Positions 9,552-18,205 of a stretch of 60,447 nucleotides of DNA are shown here, piece after piece (positions within the stretch are counted from its first letter, which is position 1; each line of letters begins with the position of its first letter). Made by a program: the position numbers and the translations under genes. The DNA is from Acidimicrobiia bacterium (lineage in GTDB: Bacteria > Actinomycetota > Acidimicrobiia > Spongiisociales > UBA5794). The stretch spans positions 1-60,447 of the forward strand of contig JASJAS010000042.1 in the NCBI GenBank assembly GCA_030066875.1. The letters are read 5' to 3'. The notes below the pieces were generated by a model, which ran no database searches, was not told the origin of the DNA, and saw only the letters and a program-made list of their open reading frames with translations.

Positions 9552-10385
9552 GTGGCCATCATCCTCGCCCTGTCCGGCGCGTTGTTCTCTGGTTCGGGTG
9601 ATTTCCTGGGCGGGGTGGCGAGTCGTCGCGGCCGCGTCATGGCCGTGGTTCTCTTCAACCACGTCGCCGGCGTCGTTGCGGTCTTGGCGTTGGGTCCCCT
9701 GTTTGGCGGGAGCCTCGATTGGCCGACGGTCTGGTGGGGCGGGCTTGCCGGATTGAGCGGAGCCTTCGCCGTGGTCTCGCTGTATCGCGGATTTGCCCGC
9801 AGCAACATGGCCGTTGTTTCTCCGATCGCTGCGGTCGGGGCGGGGGCCTGGCCGGTTGTATGGCAGATCGCGGGTGGTGACGTCCCGAGATTGGTGGTGA
9901 TGACAGGGCTGATCGTCGGGTTGCTGGCCATATGGACCATCAGTAGCGGCGGGCCCATCCACGAAGCTGAGGATGTGCGCGCTGGCGTCATCTACGGCAT
10001 GCTGGCCGGGCTCGGCTTTGGGGGTCTGTACATCTTCCTCAGCCTCGGTTCCGACACGTCGGGCATCTGGGCGCTGCTTCCGGCGCGGGCCGCGGGCTCC
10101 ATAGTGGTCTTGGGCATCGCATCCGCAACGGGCCGGGAGTTGGTTCCGCATCGCAAGGCGGTGGCGCCCAGCATCGGTGCAGGTGCTTTCGTCACGCTAG
10201 GCAACGGGCTCTTCGTGGTGGCCTCTACCAAGGGATCGCTTGCAGTGGTCGCGGTGCTCGCTGCCATGTTCCCGGCCGCCACCGTGATCCTGGCGTGGCT
10301 GGTTCTCGGTGAGCGCCTCACCCGACAGCGTCAACTGGGTCTGGTGCTCGCGCTCGTGGCGGTCGGCTTGGTAGCGGGCGGATAG
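9552..10385 (+). CDS. DMT/EamA family transporter
   Basis: About 10 TM segments; MAVVSPI and LAWLVLGERL..Q motifs. Confidence 0.85.
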   Translation: MAIILALSGALFSGSGDFLGGVASRRGRVMAVVLFNHVAGVVAVLALGPLFGGSLDWPTVWWGGLAGLSGAFAVVSLYRGFARSNMAVVSPIAAVGAGAWPVVWQIAGGDVPRLVVMTGLIVGLLAIWTISSGGPIHEAEDVRAGVIYGMLAGLGFGGLYIFLSLGSDTSGIWALLPARAAGSIVVLGIASATGRELVPHRKAVAPSIGAGAFVTLGNGLFVVASTKGSLAVVAVLAAMFPAATVILAWLVLGERLTRQRQLGLVLALVAVGLVAGG

Positions 10386-10406
10386 GTGCCGTCCCTCCGG
10401 TCCGAA

Positions 10407-10452
10407 CTTGCGTACATCGGCGGGGTTGTAGGCCGCCGATGTACGCAAGAAC
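10407..10452. repeat. REP-like palindromic repeat, copy A
   Basis: CTTGCGTACATCGGCGG-N9-CCGCCGATGTACGCAAG, a perfect 17-bp stem; right arm identical to that of copy C. Confidence 0.75.
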
Positions 10453-10461
10453 AGAGAAGAG

Positions 10462-10488
10462 AGGGAGCCGGCTGGTAGCCGGCTCCCT
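10462..10488 (-). terminator. Intrinsic terminator-like hairpin downstream of the permease operon
   Basis: AGGGAGCCGGCT-GGT-AGCCGGCTCCCT, followed on the minus strand by a pyrimidine/U-rich tract. Confidence 0.65.
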
Positions 10489-10526
10489 ACATGCCCATTT
10501 GGGTGGGCGGCCCTAGAGAGGTTGTC

Positions 10527-11771
10527 CTATTCGGCGGACGCCCTCTCCGAAGGCATTGCGACCTCTACCTCTTCAGTATCCATCGGCAGGATCAGGTTGG
10601 CAACAACGCCGATAACGGCTGCCAGTGCCAGACCCGAGATCTCTACATCACCGATCGACAGCGGTGCTGACAGGCCGGAGACACCAAGACCGAACACCAA
10701 GATGAGGCCGACAACAATCATGTTGCGACCCTTCTTGAAATCGACTTGTCCCTCGACCAGCGTCCGCATACCAACTGAAGCGATCATGCCGAACAGCACA
10801 ACCGACAATCCACCCAAGACCGGCACCGGAACGGTGCGCAGGATGGCAGCCAGCTTCGGAATCAGGCCTAGCAGAACCGCAAACGCGGCACCGATTCGGA
10901 TGATGAACGGGTCGTAGACCTTGGTAACGGCCAGCACCCCCGTGTTCTCCGAGTACGTCGTGTTAGGCGGACCACCGACCAGGCCGGCGAATGCCGTTGC
11001 GATACCGTCACCAAGCAGTGTCCGGTTCAGACCGGGATCGTCGAAGAAGTCCTTACCAACGACTCGACCGTTGGCCAGGATGTCGCCGACGTGTTCGATC
11101 ATCGTCACAAAGGCAATCGGTGCGATCAACGCAATCGGTGCCCATGAGATGTCACCCAGACCCCAAGTGAAGTCCGGCCAGCCGATCCAGTCAGCCTCGC
11201 CGACCGCATCGAAGCTGAAATCGCTGTAGAACAGCGCAGCTGTGAGATAGCCGACGACGGCGCCCGTCAGGATCGGGAGCATCTGGAACAGGCCCCGGAA
11301 GAAGATCGCCGCGATGACCGTGGCGAGCAACGTCACGATGGCCAGCCACCACTCACCCTCCGCCATCCCAATGGCGACGGGAGCGAGCGTGATACCAATT
11401 ACCGTGATAACCGGGCCGGTGACGATCGGCGGGAAGATCCGCTTGATGACGTCGTGGCCGACGAACGTCACGATGATCGACATGGCGAGGTAAATGACTG
11501 CCGCACCCACGATGCCGGCACCGATGCCCGCCCAGGAGTAACCGCGCTCGACGCCGGTGATGATCGGCGGGATGAACGCAAACGACGAGCCCAAGAACAC
11601 CGGCACCATCTGCTTTGTCACCAGGTGGAACAGCAGAGTTCCTACGCCGGCTGCAATCAGAGCAACCGACGGGTTCAGCCCGGTGAGCAGCGGTACAAGG
11701 ACCGTCGCCCCGAACATGGCAATAGTGTGCTGCAACCCCAGCACAGTCTTCTTCTGCAGAGTTAGCTCCAT
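10527..11771 (-). CDS. uraA: NCS2 nucleobase:cation symporter (UraA/PyrP-like uracil permease)
   Basis: LGLQH..AMFGATVLVP, FLGSSFAFI, EHVGD and GGPPNTTYSENTGVLAVT signatures. Confidence 0.85.
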   Translation of the reverse strand: MELTLQKKTVLGLQHTIAMFGATVLVPLLTGLNPSVALIAAGVGTLLFHLVTKQMVPVFLGSSFAFIPPIITGVERGYSWAGIGAGIVGAAVIYLAMSIIVTFVGHDVIKRIFPPIVTGPVITVIGITLAPVAIGMAEGEWWLAIVTLLATVIAAIFFRGLFQMLPILTGAVVGYLTAALFYSDFSFDAVGEADWIGWPDFTWGLGDISWAPIALIAPIAFVTMIEHVGDILANGRVVGKDFFDDPGLNRTLLGDGIATAFAGLVGGPPNTTYSENTGVLAVTKVYDPFIIRIGAAFAVLLGLIPKLAAILRTVPVPVLGGLSVVLFGMIASVGMRTLVEGQVDFKKGRNMIVVGLILVFGLGVSGLSAPLSIGDVEISGLALAAVIGVVANLILPMDTEEVEVAMPSERASAE

Positions 11772-11973
11772 ATACCCTTCCTCTCCCACACGAGATGAAA
11801 GCCACCCCATCCGGAGTGGCTTTCCTTCCTCATCATCGGGTCTGTCACCCGAACCCGGTCGCTGCTCGGAGCCGCGACCAAGACTGTTGTCACTTCACCC
11901 GGTTCGACCGTCGCACGAGAAGGCTTCATGGTCCCTCCCCGTCTTGCGACCGTTGCTGGGTGCGTTTCTGCGG

Positions 11974-12321
11974 TCATGCTGCCCTGAACACCATCCCGTA
12001 GAAGTCGTCGTAGGTTTCTTTCCGTACCACTTCGACGGAGCCGGCTACGTCCATGCCGATTTGTGGATCCTCGATATCGAGTTGACCCAACATCCGCATG
12101 CCGTTCTCCAGCTCAACGATGCCGAGGCCGAGAGTAGCGACCTCGTATTGGGCGGGCAGGTTGTATACCCGGGTCCATGTCAGCAGTTTGCCGCTCTTGG
12201 GTAGCGGCACCGTATCGAACTCGAAGAAATCGTTCTGCTTGCAGCCCTTGCAGACCATCCGCATCGGATAGTGCATGGTTTCGCAGAGCCGGCACTTGTA
12301 GGCGTAGATCTCGCGGGCCAT
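11974..12321 (-). CDS. DUF35 Zn-ribbon/OB-fold protein (ChsH2-like acyl-CoA-binding partner)
   Basis: CRLC...CKGC zinc ribbon, G.LLTWT and GIVELENG.R; start overlaps the thiolase stop codon. Confidence 0.85.
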   Translation of the reverse strand: MAREIYAYKCRLCETMHYPMRMVCKGCKQNDFFEFDTVPLPKSGKLLTWTRVYNLPAQYEVATLGLGIVELENGMRMLGQLDIEDPQIGMDVAGSVEVVRKETYDDFYGMVFRAA

Positions 12322-13496
12322 CAGTCCTCCCTCACAAACGTGAGACAAACAACGTTGTTGCCGAAGCCGCCGAAGTTGAGGCTGAGCCCGGTACGGGCGC
12401 CTTCCACCTGTCGCTTCTCGCCGTCACCACGCAACTGGGTGACGATCTCCCACGCCTGGGCAACCCCGGTTGCCCCGACTGGGTGACCACGGCCCTTGAG
12501 GCCTCCTCCTACGTTGATCGGGATCTTGCCGCCGAGGGCGGTCTCACCCTTCTCCAAAGCAATGTGACCTTCGCCTTTGGGGAAGAACCCGACTTCCTCG
12601 CTCTCGGCGATTTCGAGGATCGTGAACGCATCGTGGAGTTCGGCGACGTCGATGTCCTCCGGTCCGAGACCCGACATGTCGTACGCGGCCCTCGCCGCGT
12701 TGCGAACCGCCAGTAGGTCGGTCGGTTCTTCGCGTTCGAACACGGCATGGGTGTCGGTCGCCTGGCCGATGCCGCTGAGCCGAATCATCGGCCGGCCCAG
12801 CTCCTGGGCCTTCTCCTTCGACACCAGGATGATGGCGGCACCGCCGTCGGAGACCGGACAGGCGTCAAAGAACCGGAGCGGCTCTGCGACATACGGGTTG
12901 TTGGTCATCGCCTCAGGTGAGTCCAAGATGCCCTCGAGGGTGATCCCCTGCTGGAGGTGGGCCCACACGTTGTTGAGCGCTGCGTTCTGGTTCTTGACCC
13001 CGACCATTGCGAGATGGCGTTCGGTGACGCCGTACTTCTCCATATAGAGCCTGGCGAACATCGCAGCATGCGACGGCAAGGTGACTCCGTAGATGTACTC
13101 GGTCAACGGGTGGGTCAAGGTCGCGACGAAGTCGGTCGCCTCGAGGTTGTTCACCTCACGCATCCGCTCCACGCCGGCAACCAGGACCACGTCATCCATG
13201 CCGGAGGCCACCGCCTGAAAACCTGCCTTGATGGCAGCAGCACCCGATGCCGGCCCGTTCTCGATGGCGGCCGCGCCCGCCGGAAGCAAGCTGAGGCTGT
13301 CTGCGACGGCGCTGCCCAGCGCAGTCTGATGGTTGACCCGGGGAGCCCCCATGTTGGCCACATAGAGCTGATCGACCTCGGTAACGCCGGCGTCCTTGAG
13401 TGCCATCATCGAGGCGTACGACGCAATCTCGACAAGTGGATACTCGAGGCGGGTGAAAGTGGTGATCCCGATGCCGGCCACATAGACCTCACGCAT
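12321..13496 (-). CDS. SCP2-type thiolase-fold protein lacking the nucleophilic Cys
   Basis: CPVSDGGAA, ELHDAFT and GHPVGATG motifs; IENGPASG in place of VENACASG. Confidence 0.88.
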   Translation of the reverse strand: MREVYVAGIGITTFTRLEYPLVEIASYASMMALKDAGVTEVDQLYVANMGAPRVNHQTALGSAVADSLSLLPAGAAAIENGPASGAAAIKAGFQAVASGMDDVVLVAGVERMREVNNLEATDFVATLTHPLTEYIYGVTLPSHAAMFARLYMEKYGVTERHLAMVGVKNQNAALNNVWAHLQQGITLEGILDSPEAMTNNPYVAEPLRFFDACPVSDGGAAIILVSKEKAQELGRPMIRLSGIGQATDTHAVFEREEPTDLLAVRNAARAAYDMSGLGPEDIDVAELHDAFTILEIAESEEVGFFPKGEGHIALEKGETALGGKIPINVGGGLKGRGHPVGATGVAQAWEIVTQLRGDGEKRQVEGARTGLSLNFGGFGNNVVCLTFVRED

Positions 13497-14247
13497 TGCC
13501 GGCCCCCTTTTCCATCTCCCAGCGTTGCTGGACCAGGGCTGTGGCCGTCGGGTCGTACATTGCTCGGGTAGCCGCCAGCGGATCGAGAGCAGGGGTCGGC
13601 GGATCCGACGGCGGAAGGATCTTCTCCATCGCCTTCTCGAGTAGTTCCGTGGGTACCGGCCGGCGGCCTACCACCAGCTTGGAACGGGCATTGTCGAATA
13701 GCTCCCGTGTCAGCGCCCAAGACGGAACTCCGCCGAGCTCGTGGGGGATGTCGAAACGTTTCTCCAGCTTGTACTCGATCATCCAACGCCGGAAACCGAT
13801 CGGCGACTCGGCAACGATCAACACCTCATCGTGGCCGAGAGTGTCGATGTGGTATTCCATCTTGGCGGCGAATCCGTGGGCGCCAATGCGAAGACCACGC
13901 CGCAACGCCAGTGTGTGCAGCGACAGCCCCAGCCCCGGTTTCACCTCACGGCCGTTGACAATCGCTGCCAGCTCACCGTCGACCTGGAGCGCCAGCACAT
14001 ACTGATCTTGGAAGCGGTACTGGTAGTAGCCGAGCAGTTCGGCATACACCCTCGCGGCGACCAAGTCGTAGAAGTCACGTTCCACATGGATGAGCGGCTC
14101 CACATGCTTCAACAGGTCCGGAATCTCATCCCGGAAGACCTGCCTGACTACGACCGCCTCGCCGCTGGCCAGCATCATGTACTTTGGCTCGTACGGCTCC
14201 ATCTCGGCGTCGGTCGGCCGAAGGATCTTCTCTAGATCGACGGACAT
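13489..14247 (-). CDS. Hypothetical GNAT-fold-like protein
   Basis: VDGELAAIV strand and LRRGLRIGAH resembling the CoA-binding motif A; overlaps the thiolase start. Confidence 0.55.
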   Translation of the reverse strand: MSVDLEKILRPTDAEMEPYEPKYMMLASGEAVVVRQVFRDEIPDLLKHVEPLIHVERDFYDLVAARVYAELLGYYQYRFQDQYVLALQVDGELAAIVNGREVKPGLGLSLHTLALRRGLRIGAHGFAAKMEYHIDTLGHDEVLIVAESPIGFRRWMIEYKLEKRFDIPHELGGVPSWALTRELFDNARSKLVVGRRPVPTELLEKAMEKILPPSDPPTPALDPLAATRAMYDPTATALVQQRWEMEKGAGNA

Positions 14248-14272
14248 TCGTCTTGTCTCCTGTTCTCTCGTG

Positions 14273-16654
14273 TCAGGACGTGGACTTCTCGAGGTAGGCC
14301 ATGGCGACCTTCTCCTGGGTCACCGGCATCGACTTGATGCGAACACCAAGGGCGTCGTAGACGGCGTTGGCAATCACCGGAGCGGCCGCAATCATGGTGT
14401 GTTCGCCTACCCCGCGTGCCCCAAATGGCCCGTCCGGCTGGGGAACCTCGACGATGATCGGTACCACCTCGTCGGGGATGTCGAAGGCGGTCGGGATCTT
14501 GTAGTCGGTGAAGTTGGGGTTCATCATCTTGCCGGCTTCGTCGAAGCGCATGTCTTCATAGAGAACTGTGGCCAGTCCCTGGACGAGGCCGCCGACGATC
14601 TGGCCCTTGACGAGATCAGGGTTGATGGCCTTACCTGCGTCTACTGCCAGCGCCGCCTTGCGCACCCAGATTCGGCCGGTGTCCTTGTCGATCTCGACTA
14701 CGACGCCGGTGGCACCGACGGTGTAGTGCACGTTGGGGTGTCCGCCTTGCCCGGTTTCCGGATCGCTGAGTGCGTTGGTGAACTCCGGCATGAACTTACC
14801 GCTGGCGATTATCGGGCCGCCCCGCCAGGTTCCTTCATCAGTCTGGATGCCGTCGATGACGAAGTCGCTGAGGGGCTTCTCGAAGACCGGGTCGGTCTTG
14901 CATTTGACCTTCTCGTTCTCCAAATACAGCGAATCATCTTCATAGCCGTACACCTGATGGATCACGTCGAAGATCTTGGCGCGGGCTTCGACGGCGGCTT
15001 TCTCGACCGCCAGCCCAGAGCTCCAGGTGACGTGAGAAGCTACCGTCTGCCACTCGTAGGGATTGCGGTCCGTGTCCGGTGTCTCGACCCGGATCTTCTC
15101 CACCGGGACGGTGAGGATCTCGCTGGCGATCTGGGCCATCACGGTGAGGTAGCCCTGTCCAAGCTCCATGCCGGAGACCGTGATGTTGATGCTGCCGTCC
15201 TCATTGAATTTGAGGAAGGAAGCCGACGAAGCGTTCGGCGGCATCGCCGGAGCCTTCCAAAACAGGGCAATGCCCTTGCCCATCACGGTGTTGGGGTTAT
15301 CCGACTGCTCTTCGACACCCCACTCGATGGCGTCAGCCACCTTGTCGATAGCTTCGATCATTCCTGACGGGTTCATGTGCCCGCCGTAGGAGAGCTCGTC
15401 ACCCTCGACGATGGCGTTCTTGCGTCGGAATTCGACCGGGTCCATGCCGATGGCTTCGGCTATGCGGTCCATATGCGACTCGAGCCCGAAGTGGAACTCC
15501 GAGTAGCCAAAACCGCGATAGGGGCCGCCTGGCGGCAGGTTGGTGTACATGCACAGCGAGTCGTTGCTGATGTTGGGCACGCGGTAGGGGCCGGTGGCCG
15601 ACAATCCGGCCGCGTTGACCACGTTGGCGCCGTACTCGACGTAGGCGCCGGCATCCCAGTACAGCTTGTGCTCGACGGCGGTGATGGTGCCGTCGTCCAT
15701 CACGCCGACTTTGAGCTCGGCTGTGACGCCCTGCCGCTGATAGGTGTTGTAGAACTCCTGCTCCCTCGTCCACCGCAGTTTGAGCGGGCGACCCTTTACG
15801 AGCGTGGCCATGGCGGCTCCGAGGATCTCCATCGAGACACCGGCTTTGCCACCGAACCCGCCCCCGATGTACGGGGTGATGACCCGGACGTCCTTGTGGG
15901 TGAAACCAAGCGGTTCCAAGGCTTGGGCGAAGAGGTGGCGTTGGGTGTGGGGCGACTGTGAGGCCGTCCACACGGTGAGCCGATCTGCCTGGTCGAGCTT
16001 GCTGACGGTGACATGGGGCTCGATTGCACAGTGGGCATAACGAGGTACGAAGTAGGTGTCCTCGAGCACATAGTCGGCCTCAGCGAACGCCTTTTCCGTG
16101 TCGCCCTTGCGGATCTTGCGCCAGTGGGCGATGTTCGTGTCCGCTTTGGGGAAGAACCAGGGGACGTGGGTGTAGTCCGCCAACTCCGGGTGGATGAGAT
16201 CGGCGTCTTCCTCGAACGCCTGCTTGGGGTCGAGGATCGGGTTCAGCACCTCGTACTCGACCTCGACCAGCTTGGCCGCTTGTACCGCCTCACGGTGGCT
16301 GCGGGCGATCACCCCTGCCACCTGTTCGCCGACAAAACGGACGTGGTCCTGGGCGAAGATGTACCGGTCCTCCATGTACATGCCGAATTTGTACGGGAAG
16401 TCTTTGCCGGTCACGACCCGCACGACCCCCTTGGCCCGTGCGGCCTCGGTTGTGTCGATGGAGACGATCCTGGCAAAGGCATGTGGGCTCTCCACGATGG
16501 CGGCGTGGAGCAGCCCGGGGCCGAAGTCGATGTCGTCGACGAACTCGGCGGCACCACTGATCTTGTCGAGGCCATCGATACGGACGGCGTCGGTACCGAC
16601 TGCCTTCAGCTCGTCCTCCTTTGCATCGGCTTCGAAGGGGAACGTCGTTGTCAT
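14273..16654 (-). CDS. Xanthine dehydrogenase family molybdopterin-binding (large) subunit
   Basis: SPHAFARI, SQSPH, GGGFGGK, YRGFG, GMELGQG, DAGKAINP..VKGQ..GG and GARGVGE. Confidence 0.93.
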   Translation of the reverse strand: MTTTFPFEADAKEDELKAVGTDAVRIDGLDKISGAAEFVDDIDFGPGLLHAAIVESPHAFARIVSIDTTEAARAKGVVRVVTGKDFPYKFGMYMEDRYIFAQDHVRFVGEQVAGVIARSHREAVQAAKLVEVEYEVLNPILDPKQAFEEDADLIHPELADYTHVPWFFPKADTNIAHWRKIRKGDTEKAFAEADYVLEDTYFVPRYAHCAIEPHVTVSKLDQADRLTVWTASQSPHTQRHLFAQALEPLGFTHKDVRVITPYIGGGFGGKAGVSMEILGAAMATLVKGRPLKLRWTREQEFYNTYQRQGVTAELKVGVMDDGTITAVEHKLYWDAGAYVEYGANVVNAAGLSATGPYRVPNISNDSLCMYTNLPPGGPYRGFGYSEFHFGLESHMDRIAEAIGMDPVEFRRKNAIVEGDELSYGGHMNPSGMIEAIDKVADAIEWGVEEQSDNPNTVMGKGIALFWKAPAMPPNASSASFLKFNEDGSINITVSGMELGQGYLTVMAQIASEILTVPVEKIRVETPDTDRNPYEWQTVASHVTWSSGLAVEKAAVEARAKIFDVIHQVYGYEDDSLYLENEKVKCKTDPVFEKPLSDFVIDGIQTDEGTWRGGPIIASGKFMPEFTNALSDPETGQGGHPNVHYTVGATGVVVEIDKDTGRIWVRKAALAVDAGKAINPDLVKGQIVGGLVQGLATVLYEDMRFDEAGKMMNPNFTDYKIPTAFDIPDEVVPIIVEVPQPDGPFGARGVGEHTMIAAAPVIANAVYDALGVRIKSMPVTQEKVAMAYLEKSTS

Positions 16655-17118
16655 GGCGTTTCTCCTTGTCCTTGGCCAGCCGCAAGGACGGCGTCGATAA
16701 TCGGTTCGTAGCCGGTGCAACGGCACAGGTTGCCGGCAAGGGCCTCCTGCACATCGTGACGAGACGGGTTGGGATTCAGTTCGAGCAGTTCGGTTGCCGA
16801 CAGCACGATCCCGGGGGCGCAGAAGCCGCACTGGAAGGAGTTGTTGCTGATGAACAGGTCCTGCAGCTGGCTCATGCCTTCGTAGCTGATGCCTTCGACG
16901 GTGACGATGTCGTGGCCCTCGGCTTCCACGGCCAGGACCAGGCAGCTCCGTACGGAGCGCCCATCCATGAGGATGGTGCACGAGCCGCAGTCGCCGCGCT
17001 CGCAGCCGACCTTCGGACTCTTGGTTCCGACCTGTTCGCGGAGGACGTCGAGCAGCACATCGGCCGCCGCGACGTCGAGCACCCATTGCTCTCCGTTGAC
17101 CTTGAGTTCCAGGTTCAT
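16651..17118 (-). CDS. Xanthine dehydrogenase family (2Fe-2S)-binding small subunit
   Basis: GCERGDCGSCT, QCGFCAPG and GNLCRCTGY. Confidence 0.95.
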   Translation of the reverse strand: MNLELKVNGEQWVLDVAAADVLLDVLREQVGTKSPKVGCERGDCGSCTILMDGRSVRSCLVLAVEAEGHDIVTVEGISYEGMSQLQDLFISNNSFQCGFCAPGIVLSATELLELNPNPSRHDVQEALAGNLCRCTGYEPIIDAVLAAGQGQGETP

Positions 17119-17128
17119 GGCCACCCCC

Positions 17129-18013
17129 TCACACCAATCTGGCACCGTAGGCCGGGCCGGTGCCGTCCAGTCTCTGCCGAGCTGCCCAGAGCCCACGTTT
17201 CAGCATCACCGCCGTCATGTGGGTGCGGTATGCGGCAGTGGCTCGCATGTCGGTGATCGGGCTGATCTCGTCGGGGACCATCGCCACTGTACGGGCGACG
17301 AGATCGTCATCGAGCTCATTGCCGTGCAATGTGTTCTCGATGCGCGCGGAACGGATCGGGGTCGGGGCGACTGCGCCAAAAGCAACCCGGTATTCGTTGT
17401 CCGGGTACGCGGCGATGCCAACTGCGGCCTGGGCGAGGTCCTCGCCGGCATATCGCATCAACTTGACGTAGACGCCGCCGTGTTTGCGTAGCTTCAAGGT
17501 CAGATGGGTCACGACTTCGTCGTCGGTCAACGCCGTCTCACGGAGGCCGGTGAACCAGTCGTTGATGTCGACACTGCGATCGCCGTTGGGACCGGTGAGA
17601 TGGACAGTCGTGTCGTAGACGAGGAGCACCGGTCCGGCATCGCACGAGGGGACTGCTGAGCAGATGTTGCCCACCATGGTGGCTCGGTTGCGGATGCCTG
17701 GGGAGGCGACCGTCTCGGACATCTCGGCCAGCAGTGGGACGTGCTCGTGGATGGTCTCCGACTCGATGAGGTCGGTGAACGTGACCAGCGATCCGATGTG
17801 CAGCTCATCGTCGACGACCTTGATCTCGCTGAGATCGGGTATGTCCTTGATGTCGACAACGAGGTCGGGTGCGATAACGTCGTCGCGCAGCCAGGCAACG
17901 AGATCGGTTCCTCCCGCCAGGATCATCGCCAGCCCGGGGTGCTCCGCCAGGGTCTGGGTGGCCTCGGCAAGCGTCGTGGGACGTCGGTACTCGAATTCTT
18001 TGGCGATCACCAA
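17129..18013 (-). CDS. Xanthine dehydrogenase family FAD-binding (medium) subunit
   Basis: AGGTDL, IRNRATMVGN, PITDMRAT..YR; GGAGGAGG Shine-Dalgarno. Confidence 0.93.
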   Translation of the reverse strand: MVIAKEFEYRRPTTLAEATQTLAEHPGLAMILAGGTDLVAWLRDDVIAPDLVVDIKDIPDLSEIKVVDDELHIGSLVTFTDLIESETIHEHVPLLAEMSETVASPGIRNRATMVGNICSAVPSCDAGPVLLVYDTTVHLTGPNGDRSVDINDWFTGLRETALTDDEVVTHLTLKLRKHGGVYVKLMRYAGEDLAQAAVGIAAYPDNEYRVAFGAVAPTPIRSARIENTLHGNELDDDLVARTVAMVPDEISPITDMRATAAYRTHMTAVMLKRGLWAARQRLDGTGPAYGARLV

Positions 18014-18140
18014 AGCAAACCTCCTCCAACCCGATCCACGAAGCTTACAAACTGTTAACCATCGTTGGCAGGGCCGAATGTCACCGGGCCTTCGGACGGT
18101 TTGACTTGAAGGAACCGGCCGGCGTTACGAGCCGCCCTCC

Positions 18141-18187
18141 GTTCTTGCGTAACTGGCGGCCTATGTGGGCCGCCAGTTACGCCGGAA
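18141..18187. repeat. REP-like palindromic repeat, copy B
   Basis: GTTCTT-GCGTAACTGGCGGCC-TATGTG-GGCCGCCAGTTACGC, a 15-bp perfect stem. Confidence 0.7.
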
Positions 18188-18205
18188 TGCTGTTGGCTGT
18201 TTGAC

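Noticed and set aside
11762-11977. 71-aa ORF spanning the DUF35-permease gap
   Set aside because: No recognisable protein features, and the region is better explained as a structured non-coding spacer, though the ORF cannot be fully excluded.
14273-18013. Aerobic CO dehydrogenase (coxMSL gene order)
   Set aside because: The active-site loop is GPYRGFG, not AYxCSFR (form I) or AYRGAGR (form II), and there are no coxDEFG genes.
14273-18013. 4-hydroxybenzoyl-CoA reductase linked to paaK
   Set aside because: The FAD subunit lacks the Cys-rich [4Fe-4S] insertion of HcrB, the operon ends in a nucleobase permease, and paaK is in a separate, oppositely oriented unit.
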